From Lytechinus pictus (Eukaryota): a stretch of 64,000 nucleotides of DNA. Below, piece by piece: positions 52,001-63,190 of the stretch. The DNA lies in NCBI RefSeq assembly GCF_037042905.1, contig NC_087252.1:22756001-22820000 (forward strand), read 5' to 3'. Numbering within the stretch: the stretch's first letter is position 1; each line of letters starts with the position of its first letter. Made by a program: the position numbers and the translations under genes. A model generated the notes under the pieces. That model did no database searches. It was not told the DNA's origin and saw only the letters and a list, made by a program, of their open reading frames with translations.

Positions 52001-53155
52001 CTCTACCTCTCTTTCTGCTCGGATATTGGGATATTACACATAATTAAACTTTCACATAGTATATATAGTATTTCCTGATCGTGGTAGAATTCAGTATTAA
52101 TATACGCAAACAGCTAATACCAGGCATTATTCATGATCGTGCGAGTGTGAGAGCACCGAATGTCAGATACACTCTTCCCTTTCTTGGCCCCTTTCGACTT
52201 CTGTATTCCCAGAAAGGAAATCACCACGCCAGTGTATGAAGAGCATGGCTATGATAAAAAAAAAAATTTTGTGGCTGATGTATGGTAGACTTGACTACTC
52301 CGCCATGAATGGAAAAAAAGGCTATTGAATTTAAAGGTACACCCAGGCCCTGTTTGCCCAAACAGGGCATCATATTTCATCAAATGATTCTTCCATTCTT
52401 GTTTGTTGTACCATATAGAAGCCTTTGAACAAGCTATTGAATGCCATTTCTATAGTCATAGCGTTATTGTGGCGTGGCCTGTGGGTGATGATGAGATCAT
52501 GAGAGCATGCATTGAAAGAGTGCATGTTTTTGCCATGAACCCATGAAAACAGGGAGTTCATGATAAATATGTATGACCCAACCTACTTCAAACACAATAG
52601 GTCGATCATGAGATATACATTGCATTGTTCGAGGGCCGGAGGGGAGAAGGGTCGGTATTAAAGCAAGAAGTTCGACCAGGGGCCCATTTCATAACACTTG
52701 TTGTAATAACTAATTTGCAAAAACAGTTTAATGCTACTGAAATCTTTCAATCTGATTGGCTGATAGTTAATTTGTTATAGAAATTGTGTGTTTGTTATTG
52801 TAACAATTCTCTATCAAACCGAATCCAGACTACCAAACAACAACATACCATCGAGCCAAATTATAATCTTTATCAAGTGTTAAATGGGTACCCGGTAGGA
52901 TGCGAAAGCCTATGTAGTATTCCTAGCAATTGAGTCTTGGAACTCTTGTTGGAATGCTCCCCAGGGAGTGTAGAAAGTGCATACATTGTATGCGGGCATG
53001 CAAGGATCCGATGACCGGGGTAATAATATATCTGTAAAGCGCTTAGAGACGTCGTTTCGATGTGTTAAGCGCTATATAAATGCGGAATATTATTATCATT
53101 ATTTATCCAAGCTATTAAAAGTAACCCCTTACAAAGTCAAATTAACCATTAAATA

Positions 53156-53741
53156 TCAAGTCCATCCCCAACAACAAGTTGCAAATAAGACAGGAATAAT
53201 CTAACAAGCAAAGCCCTAAAATTTCATCAAAGCCGGATGTAAAATTAGAAAGCAATGACATTAAAACATTTTGCTCACTAATATTTTTTTACAAAACAGT
53301 TGTATGTACAACACAAAGATGCAAATGCAAATGTGAAAATCGGTGATGCCACATACTCCATATTTCTTTTAAATTTATTGTTTGAAACTTTGAGTTTTCT
53401 TTGAATGCTTTGACAAAAAGGATACTGTTCATTGACTCGCAATAGGTCCAACTTTGGCAATTCTAAATAAAGGGAGGAATCAAACTTCGTTTTACATCAT
53501 AGATGAAAAAAAAATATATATTCATATGATAAAATAAAGAAGAAACAGTGAGTGGGTGACGTCTGTACTGGCCAGCATGAGTATACATGTATAATTGTTC
53601 TGTGAAAATTAGCAAAACTTAAAATGACACAATTTTTTCATCTTACATCTGAATTTTATGATATTTTCATAACAGTTGTATAAGATTGCTTTATTTTTTT
53701 CTTAATTTCAACACTTTTTTTGTTGGAGTGGACTTCCACTT
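53156..53741. mobile_element. Diverged Kolobok-like element related to 63191-63771
   Basis: caagtccatcccca..aaatttcatcaaa..ggatgtaaaat left end and ttggagtggactt right end match the 63.2-kb element. Confidence 0.6.
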
Positions 53742-53890
53742 AATATGTTATATTAACCAACTAGGACAATAAATTTTATAGATATTGAATTTACTTTAAC
53801 CTATTTACAAATACCAAAATCTTGTGGATTTTCAAACTGTTTTACTGACATCCGTAAAGAAATTCATCTGATAGGAAGAACTCAGTCAAA

Positions 53891-54256
53891 TAGAACAAAT
53901 TTTCATCTTTCCACAATTTTGTTTTGAAATTTTGCTTACTCGTTTCTGCAAGCTTCTTCAGAGTATTGCCGACTCTCCGTAGATGGGGTAATAACGGCAG
54001 TGCGGCAGTCCGTGAGACGACAATAAATACACAAGATGGATCAGGGAGGCAATTCACATCCAGAAGAACCAGGCACATTCCATGAACCGAAAATCAGACG
54101 ATACAAACTTTCTACTAAGTACATTCTCATTCTCACGGACTACCGCGCTACTACCCCATCTACGGCGCTGGTCTGAAGAAGCCTGTAGAAATGAGTACGC
54201 GAAAAGCTAACGAGGTAAAAACAAGATTGATTGTGGAAAGATGAAAATTTGTTCTG
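53891..54256 (+). mobile_element. Penelope-like retroelement 3' remnant with inverted (tail-to-tail) arms and degenerate hammerhead motif
   Basis: Plus frame RWIREAIHIQKNQAHSMNR (GIY-YIG C-terminal motif) at ~54034-54090; inverted arms ~53891-54017 / ~54131-54256; CTGAAGA..stem..GAAA at ~54173-54204. Confidence 0.75.
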
Positions 54257-54308
54257 TTCGTTTTACTTACAAATATAGCGATCATCAGGCATGCTAGATT
54301 GCACATAC

Positions 54309-54348
54309 ATCCTCCTCCTGGCGGCTTGCCCATCATCAAACACTGCAT
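54309..54348 (-). CDS. PRDM9-like: Putative first coding exon (MQCLMMGKPPGGG|Y) of the PRDM9-like gene
   Basis: Exon 54351-54309 bounded by tttctccag and gtatgt; ends in phase 1 with T, giving Tyr (T+AC) at the start of the knuckle exon. Confidence 0.55.
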
Positions 54349-54462
54349 TGTCTGGAGAAAACAAAAAGCAGACATATATACATTCATGAACAAAATCAAA
54401 TAAAGCAGACTATTTGTTCAAGAAAAAAAATAAAGGCATATGTCAACATGAATATCAAGAAT

Positions 54463-55553
54463 TAACAAGTGGAGCGCCTCTGGCAGTCTCACCTGTATCA
54501 CGCGATTCATAGAAGCAGTGCTGACTTTGAAAACTACTATAAAATAATTATTCACAAAAAACACCAATCATATAATGATACAATACTAGGTTCATTGACA
54601 ATAAATGACATTTAACCTCGATCATGCAACCTAAGACTTGTCAGTGATACTTGATTAACCTATCCACATTTCATAAACTCGATAAACTTTGAAAGTTATG
54701 ACAGCAATCTAATAATTACCTCCAAAATGGCCAAACTTCAATGACCTTAAATGACCTTTGACTTTGGTCATGTGACCTGAAACTTGCATGAGATGTTATT
54801 GTTCAGTGATACTTGATTATTCTTAAATGTCCGAGTTTTATAAACTAGATCCATACACTTTCAGAGTTATGATGGTTATTCAACAAATACCCCAACATGG
54901 CCAAAGTCCATTGACCTTTGACCTTGGTCATGTGACCTGAAACTAGCACAGGATGTTCAGTGATACTTGATTACTCTTATGTCCAAGTTTCATTAACTAG
55001 ACCAATACACTTACAGAATTATGATGGTAATTCAACAAATACCCCCAACATGGCCAAAGTTCATTGACCTTAAATGACCTTCGACCTTGGTCATGTGACC
55101 TAAAACTCACACGGATGTGCAGTGATACTTGATTGCTCTTATACTTGATTACTCTTATGTCCAAGTTTCATTAACTAGACCAATACACTTACAGAATTAT
55201 GATGGTAATTCAACAAATACCCCCAACATGGCCAAAGTTCATTGACCTTAAATGACCTTTGACCTTGGTCATGTGACCTAAAACTTGCACAGATGTGCAG
55301 TGATACTTGATTGCTCTTATGTCCAAGTTCCATGAATCAGATCCATAAACATTCAAAGTTACGATGGTAATTCAACAGATACCCCCAACATGGCCAAAGT
55401 TCATTGACCTTTGACCTTGGTCATGTGACCTGATATTCGCACAGGATGTTCAGTGATACTTGATTACTCTTATGTCCAAGTTTTATGAACTAGACCAATA
55501 AATTTTCAAAGTAATGATGGTAATAGTCTCACTTTGCTAGATGCAGGGGAGAC
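54463..55553 (+). mobile_element. HINE-like family 1 copy
   Basis: acaagtggagcgcctctggcagtctcacctg start, tandem units, atgcaggggagac end. Confidence 0.85.
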
Positions 55554-55666
55554 AAAAATGATGGGAATCTGAACATACGTTATTTAAAACAAATTTTATT
55601 TACTTATATATAATTGCTAGGTCATGATTTGGGAGGTTATAATGAAGAATGAAGGCAAAAAATAAA

Positions 55667-56250
55667 AACAAGTGGAATGCCTCTGGCCGTCTCACCTGCA
55701 TCACGCGATTCAATATAGCAGCAGTGCTGATTTTGAAAACTACTATAACTCGCACAAGATGTTCAGTGATACTTGGTTACTCTTATTTCCACGTTTTATG
55801 AGCTAGACCAATACACTTATAGAGATATGATGGCAATTCAACAAATACCCCCAACGTGGCCAAAGTTCTTTGACCTTACATGACCTTTGACCTTGATCAT
55901 GTGACCTGAAACTCGCACAGGATGTTCAGTGATACTTGATTACTATTATGTCCAAGTTTTATGAACTAGACCAACACACTTTCAAATTTATGGCTGTAAT
56001 TCAACAAATACCCCAATTTGGCCAGTTCATTGACCCTAAATGACCTTTGACCTTGATCATGTGACCTGAAACTTGCACAGGATGTTCAGTAATACTTGAT
56101 TGACCTTATGGCCAAGTTTCATGAACTAGGTCCATATACTTTCTAAGTTATGCTGTCATTTCAAAAACTTAACCTCAGGTTAAGATTTGGTGTTGACGCC
56201 GCCGTCGGAAAAGCGGCGCCTATAGTCTCACTCTGCTATGCAGGTGAGAC
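55667..56250 (+). mobile_element. HINE-like family 1 copy (fewer internal units, nearly identical to 41289 copy)
   Basis: Same 5' and 3' ends; sequence almost identical to 41289-41720 and 42080-42254. Confidence 0.85.
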
Positions 56251-56384
56251 AAAAAATTAGGGTATGGATATGATAAAATAAAATGTCCAATGCTGATGCA
56301 TGCTTTTGTCACAGCTTTTTTTTAAACTTTACAGCTAGAACAAATTTTTACAGTTCGATGAAGAATTCCACTTTCAGATCAGAT

Positions 56385-58008
56385 GGGCTATTCCACGGTT
56401 ACTCACGTTACATTTGGAGACACCTTGACTCATACTTGGAGCTGTAACTCCATTATTATTGATAGGAACTAAACATCTCCTTATCACAACAAGTACACAG
56501 TCTGACTATCCTTTGTATAAAAACAAAACTTGGGAAATTTTATTATGCTCCTGGCAAATCTTTGGAATGTGTTGGTTACTCACGTTACATGATTTGGACA
56601 TGCATAAAATGAAAAGTTGACATAAGTGAAAAGTCTCCTCATACAAGGCTTTTATGAAAGCTGATTATATCCATTTCAAAGAAGTATATTAGGGAGACAA
56701 ACTTTGTAAATAATTAAAAAAATAAATAACACATGGTTTTTACTTGGGGTGCAGATAATATGGTTACTCACGTTATGGTTACTCACGTTACATTTTGTCC
56801 ATGTATGGTTAACAACACAAATATCATTAACAATTCAATAATGTGTGTAAAATTCATTGCTAGGAACATCAAAAAGAGATTTTATACAAAAAATTGGAAC
56901 AATTTGGAGCGTTATTAGGGAGTAAAAGGGAAAAGTATGATTTTGCTTACTAATTATGCATAAATTAGCATAATTGCTTAATACCAATTTGCATGAAATA
57001 AATTACTGTATAGAATTGTAGATCATGTCCAAGACAACCTGCGTGCAAATTTTCGGCGTGATCGTGCGGCCAATGGCCGAGATCTCAAGGGGGGCCTGGG
57101 AGGCCCCACCCACCCCCCCCCCCCCCTGGCCATATTAACTCCCAAAATACCCCTGCCTAGATAGGGTTACAGGTAAGGACATTCAATGTGTTGTTCGAAC
57201 ACTCTTTAAAGTTTGGTTAATCGAAACCAAGTCTTACTAATGCACTCTCGCATTGTGAATACTTCTACTAATATTCAATTTTTTTGGGTGATTGTATGAC
57301 CACTGATATTTTGATAAACAAAGAGTCACATCAAAGAGGTGTACCCTCATTTTGCTTTTAATTAATCAAAAATAACTTCACAACTCACCATGAGACTTAA
57401 AACTTGACATCCCACAGAAAATGCTACCTAACTGCATAATTTTTACTGGTTACTCACATTACATGATGGTTACTCACGTTACAGTTTTTTTTCATCCTTT
57501 TTACAAAAAATTGTACTTTTTAATGATTTTTATAGTCATCACTGTGTCAAAGATTGTTTGAAAGAAGATAATTTAAAATCCCACCAATTAACTGTGAAGA
57601 ATTTTTCTCTCAGAAAACAAAGTCATTTTTTTCGGTTACTCATGTTACATCACCTGAGCAGGTTGCAATATTCATTTTTGAATGAGTACTACAAATTTAC
57701 TTGAAAAGCTGTTGTGTATTTTGGGTAATTTGACTCTTCTAAACTTCAGAAATATATAAAGTGGTATGTTGTTCCAATAACAAAATGGTAATAAGGCATA
57801 TTTCATTTTTCACTATTTTCTTGTATTTTGGTACAGAATAGAAGACACAACTTTTGACCATTTTTTTCCAAAGTATAAATATGAAAATAAACTTTTTATT
57901 TCTTGTTCCTGAAACTATCATGCATGAAGGACTTAAAGTATTAAAAAATTCAAGAAAATATTGAATTTGAATTTTTAAGCTCATGTCCACCAACCTGTGG
58001 AATTGCCC
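56385..58008. mobile_element. 1.6-kb non-autonomous DNA transposon, GGG termini and 4-bp TSD (Sola2-like)
   Basis: agat|gggctattccac ... gtggaattgccc|agat; internal motif ggttactcacgttaca repeated about 7 times. Confidence 0.7.
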
Positions 58009-58640
58009 AGATAACTTTCTTGTACTTTTTCATGACCAAATTACCATTTGGGCCAATAATGATAATAATAATAATAATAATTGAAATAATAATAATAATA
58101 ACGGTATATTTTGATAGTGTTCAAATTCAAATTCATTTATTACACATCTCTTAAAAACAGGGTACAATATATAGTGAGTTAATCTAATAGAGTAAAGACA
58201 ACAATGACAGTTGTACAATTTACACAAAATTAACAACTGAAGACAAAACATAAAGTATATGAATGGGGGATGTGAGGGAGTAACAAAAAACCATTGGCCT
58301 ATCTAGGCTACTCCCTTTTTACATTCATTACTGATAATACAAACAAAACAGGATCTTCCAATCAACTTTTGAGATTGAAAAACAAAGATCTCAAGATCAA
58401 TCCAAATCAGTAGACTATAGTAGAAAAAAGAACATCAATTAAAAAAACAAAAAAATGATGAATTTAGAAATAGGCCATCAGCTAGTAGAACAACGGATGC
58501 AAACTGGCATGCCATTCTGTACAACCAGCTAATCTGCATAAATAAAACACCTGTGCCCCGTGAATTCTACATCCGATGCCACTCGCTCCTCCAAATTTCG
58601 TTCTCAAATCTCATCATTGAAACAAGGCTGTGGATGCGCA

Positions 58641-59120
58641 TACATTCGTAATTCCGAAGCTTCGTTACTCCGAAGGTTCGGTTATTCCGAAGGTTCGTAT
58701 TTCCGAAGGTTCGTTAGTCCGAAAACGAAATGAGGTTTGTAATTCCGAAGGTTCGTTAATTCGAAAATGAAATGAGGTTCATAATTCCGAAGGTTCGTTA
58801 GTCCGAAAAACAAATGATTAGCGAACCTTATTTCGTTTTCGGAGTAACGAACCTTCGGAACAACAAACCTTATTTCGTTTTCGGATGAACGAACCTTCGG
58901 AACATCAAACCTTATTTCATTTTCGGATTAACAAACCTTCGGAACATCAAACCTTATTTCGTTTTCGGATTATCGAACCTTCGGAATAACGCCACAAATG
59001 TTCGGATTAACGAACCCTTTTACGTTTTCGGATTAACGAACATCGAGGTATAGGCAATTTACGTGTTTCAGAATTACGAACCTTCGGAATAAAGAACCTT
59101 CGGAATTACGAAGTGTAACC
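58641..59120. mobile_element. Foldback-like element made of ttccgaaggttcg repeats that switch orientation
   Basis: Left half (t)tccgaaggttcgt repeats, right half cgaaccttcggaa repeats; ends ttcgtaattccgaag / cttcggaattacgaag. Confidence 0.85.
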
Positions 59121-59215
59121 TGTGGAAGGGGGGGGGGAGGGGTGAAGAAAGTTCTGTGCTTAGACAAGTACAATGGAGGGAACGGGGCTGAGTCAAAACA
59201 ATTAATTGCCATTAA

Positions 59216-59609
59216 AGCTAAATTACAGTAGTTGCAGTAAAACACTAGTTTGTGAGAAAGTCTGTAAAACCAAGGTTAAGTATGACTATATCATCGTAGA
59301 TCTAGATCTGGTACAGTTACATAAACTGAACTTTGTGAAATCATAAAATCTAAGCTGAAATACGATCACACTGAAGATCGCCAACACAGATAGGCACACG
59401 TGGGACAGTGTATTATTATTGCTGGAATAAAGACCCGACGGAAGTGACCGAATCCGCGCTTATTTTGCTTATTTCTCAGCAATTACACAATTTCTTCCAG
59501 AATCCTTTGGCACATATTTTTTATTCATACAAACAGACACTTGGGTGGTCATTATATTAGATTCTGTAAAAAGTCATTTTGAGATCATTACCAGAACTGG
59601 AATTTACCT
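59216..59609. mobile_element. Kolobok-like non-autonomous element
   Basis: TTAA|agctaaattacagt ... actggaatttacct|TTAA. Confidence 0.7.
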
Positions 59610-61278
59610 TTAACAACCAATTAAAACAGAATAAACAGAAAGACAATTTGCAGTTGCTGAAGGAAACTATGCCATGGTTTGGATTCGAACCCTTGAAGAC
59701 CTTCTATTTCAAAGTCCTGAGACTAATCCACTGGGTCACAACGCTCCATAAATTTCAACAGACAGGAGGGAGGAAGGGGGGTAGGTCGACATTAACTGGG
59801 TGATAAAAGGAGGGCATCGATTTAGAAGGTTATACTAAAGCAGGTCGCGTTAATTAACAGACCAAAAATGAACAAAACAGCTATTGACATTCAACAGACA
59901 GCATTCAATTCCAGAACAATTCAAAAATGAAAATGAAAATATCGACACACACCAAAAAAGAAAAAGAAAACAAATCAGAATATAATTCAGTGGTATGTGG
60001 CTTTGCATTATGTTGCTGGTTATAAAGTGTGAACTAAGTAAACAACATTTATAGAGAAAATCAAATTGTTTTGTTGGCTTGTAGTATATCATTATCTATG
60101 ACATTCCAGGACATTGCTTTAACTATCCAGGGTATGACTCCTGTCACAACAAAAGTTTATTGCAATCCCATGAATGAATCCTTCATTTTCGTCAGGGCCC
60201 CGTCTTACCAAGATTTGCGATTTATCCGATCAATCGTAACTATGGACGGCCAGCAACGTCAACATCTAAAATGCAAATTTGTTCAAAATATTTTCTGGAT
60301 ATGATGTATATACTGTACACACATTCATCATTCTCTTGAAGATTCAGTGTGATTCTCTTTGTTTAATTTCAGGAGATTGTGCAAATTTCCTGTAGAAAAA
60401 ATCATTATGGTATGGATGGATTTCCATAAAGTTGGAATTGATTGGATCAATCGTAACTCTTTTTAAGACAGGGCTCTAGGTCCAATTTTATACAGATTTG
60501 TATTTTGTAATATGATATTTTTAATAATAACAAAGCGCAATTTACAATTTTACCATCAGCCAATCAGATTGAATGATTTGAGTTTTGATTTGAAAGATTC
60601 AGTGTGATTCTCTTTGTTTAATAATTTTATTTTTTTACCTAAAATGACCTTTGACCTTGGTCATGTGACCTGACCTGAAACTCAGACTGAAATGGGGGCC
60701 CAAGCACAGCCAAATCCATCCCTCCATCAATCACAAGAACACACATTAATGCAGGGCTCTCATTAATAATTCTTGTTCTTCCATTTATACCTACAAATCT
60801 GTCTTTTAACTTATTCTTTGAGGAATCCACACTCAACAAGCCCTGCCAGTCAGTCGGCAAGCCCTGAAAAAGTAGCTTCTTTTATCCAAGTGATATTCAT
60901 GACTAGAGGGTTTTTGCATTGTTAATGAGCTTGGTGCAAACCAAAACACCTCTTTTTATTCGGCCATTGCTGCTCTAAATGTTGACCAAATTTCATGTTT
61001 TTGGTATCTTTGTAAAGTAGAAGAATCATTCTTTCAGGTCATGTGTTTGGATTTTTAAAAGAATGTTTTAATAAAGGGAAAACTTTTGATATAAAACATG
61101 AAACAAAATATTTTTTTTCATGCAACAAAAGTTGTTGTTTTTACACTTAATTTCTGTTTGAGCACAAATGATTTTTAGATCATGATAAAGCTGAAGATCT
61201 AAGCTTTAATATGACTTTAATATGATATAATTTTTATAAGAAGATGTATTTTAGATGGGTCAGCAGCCAGCTTTTCAT

Positions 61279-62208
61279 TAGCCTCTTGTCGAGGCCCTGT
61301 CGGCTGCTTTCCGAGCGAACATTGCAAAGCAAGGGAGAGAGCGAAGCAGAGCGCCGCGAGACAGGGCCTCTTGACATCTGACCCGAATTTCACCGACTTT
61401 CTTTTGTTTTTTATTGTTTTTACCAATTCACGGACCAAAAACTGGTCGGTGAAAATCATCCAATGAGAGCGCAAGCTGCTATGACGTCTATTATTTCATG
61501 AGCTCATCTTGAATGGCGACTCTTGGATTCTTGGCGAAGAGTGACGACGAAATATCAAAGAACGCTGAATATGACTCTAAAATGCTGAATATTGACCGAT
61601 TTAAGGATTTGCAAGTCGATGAAATTAACTCTGCACTGAAAGGACGAGATGTCTTTGTAAATCTACCCACAGGATATGGAAAAAATTTAATATTTCATGC
61701 GATTCCACCGGTCGAACCGGGGCGTCGATCATCGATCTCCGCTGTGCAGTGCAGTGAGGGAAGCTGGAGTGGAGTTGCTGGGAGTTGACTCGAGTCTGAC
61801 CAGCGGCTGAGCAGTATCTCCCGGGAAGTTTCGGGGCGGTGATGGGTCTGTTACGGCCAGTAGTAGTAGTAGTAGTAGTAGTAGTACTACAGTACTACTT
61901 GTAGCATTTTGCAGGTTATATCCCCTTTAGTGTCCCGCAATTAAATGAAAGGGATTAATTTTAATGGACTACTATACTATATAGTATTCCGAACCCAAAA
62001 CGAAACAGCTCTGACATTTCATTGGTTTACTCGGTGACCGGTAATATCATGACTCATGTATATTCATTAGGAAGATGTTCCTCATGAATATATAATTCAG
62101 TTCAGATGTCAAGAGGCCCTGGCTCGCTCCAGGCCTAATTCGCTTCGCGAATTAGGGAATCCCTCGCTTCGCTCGGGAAGCAGCCGCCAGGGCCTCGACA
62201 AGAGGCTA
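61279..62208 (+). mobile_element. Non-autonomous AcademH-type DNA transposon carrying a RecQ-like helicase fragment
   Basis: 9-bp TSD gcttttcat (61270-61278 and 62209-62217); TIR tagcctcttgtcgaggccctg / cagggcctcgacaagaggcta; ORF 61513-61788 with FKDLQ..GRDVFVNLPTGYGKNLIF. Confidence 0.85.
61513..61788 (+). pseudogene. Truncated RecQ-family (SF2) helicase N-terminus, motifs 0/Q and I (Walker A)
   Basis: RFKDLQVDEINSALKGRDVFVNLPTGYGKNLIF resembles the RecQ consensus F+..Q..aI.a.L.g+D.fv.mPTG.GKSL.Y; no downstream helicase motifs. Confidence 0.8.
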
Positions 62209-63190
62209 GCTTTTCATAGGCCAAGTACATTTAGCAGCTCAAAAACAAGAATACTGCGCTCTGATTGGTCAAAGGGACCACACACCCACTCAAATTCCAA
62301 TGTTCCCCACACTGGGCTTCTGCAAGGTCACACTCACCATGTGGTAATCTCTTCAAATTACCCGCGCCTGTTGTTTGGAAAACATTATTCAGCCAATCAG
62401 AACTCTGGATTTTATGTTACTCAGAAATATCAGAAATCTCGTCTTGTATCTTGATGGAAAAAGCTGGCTGCTGACCCATCTAAAAGATGCCACGTATCAA
62501 GAGTGACATTGGAAGAAAGTATAGTTTGAGCTTTCTGATGATATAAATAATGTTTGTGCCTAAAACACAAAATGTTGCACAATTTGCAAGTGAAAACAGA
62601 AGAAGAAAATTCTGTTAGATGCATCTTTTCAGGTAAAAAAATCACTTATCTATCAAAATATTTTATTCAAAAGAAATGACCAATATAAAAGAGTAACATT
62701 TACTCTTTCCCATGGTACAAAAATAATCAATATTACTCAAGGAGAAAGTGGTTAAATTCTTTGCGAAAAAAAGTCTCACAATTCACGAGATTTTGCAGGG
62801 ACATGAATTCAGCCACGAGAGGACTTGGATAAATCTTGCTCATTTGCTCATTAACACAGGGGCTTGCCGACTGACTGCTGCTTTTTAGTGGATTCCCCTA
62901 TTTCCTCAACATTTATTTAAATAGTAAAGATGAATAAAAGAAGTTTTATGCAAATGCTTTATCATGAATATTCTACAGTTATTATTTATTATCATTGTAA
63001 ATATCATCAATATGATTAGATTGTTTTAGTGTCTATTGTAAATGTTCATTTATCTATACATATTGTCATACTGTATATATTTGTATATTCATTTATAGAT
63101 CTTTGTAATGTTTTCTTTTTAAGTGAGTTGAGTTGAAATGAAAAAAAAGCAAATGGGCAATGCCATTTTTAAATATCTAGTATAGTTTAA

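Larger units (their letters stand above)
60847..62877. mobile_element. ~2-kb (including insert) TIR element with CAG termini and 4-bp CTGC target duplication, host of the AcademH insertion
   Basis: ctgc|cagtcagtcggcaagccc ... gggcttgccgactgactg|ctgc. Confidence 0.7.

Noticed and set aside
58641..59120. Short regularly spaced repeats resembling a CRISPR array
   Set aside because: Eukaryotic context, non-unique spacers, mid-array orientation flip and no cas genes; this is a foldback element
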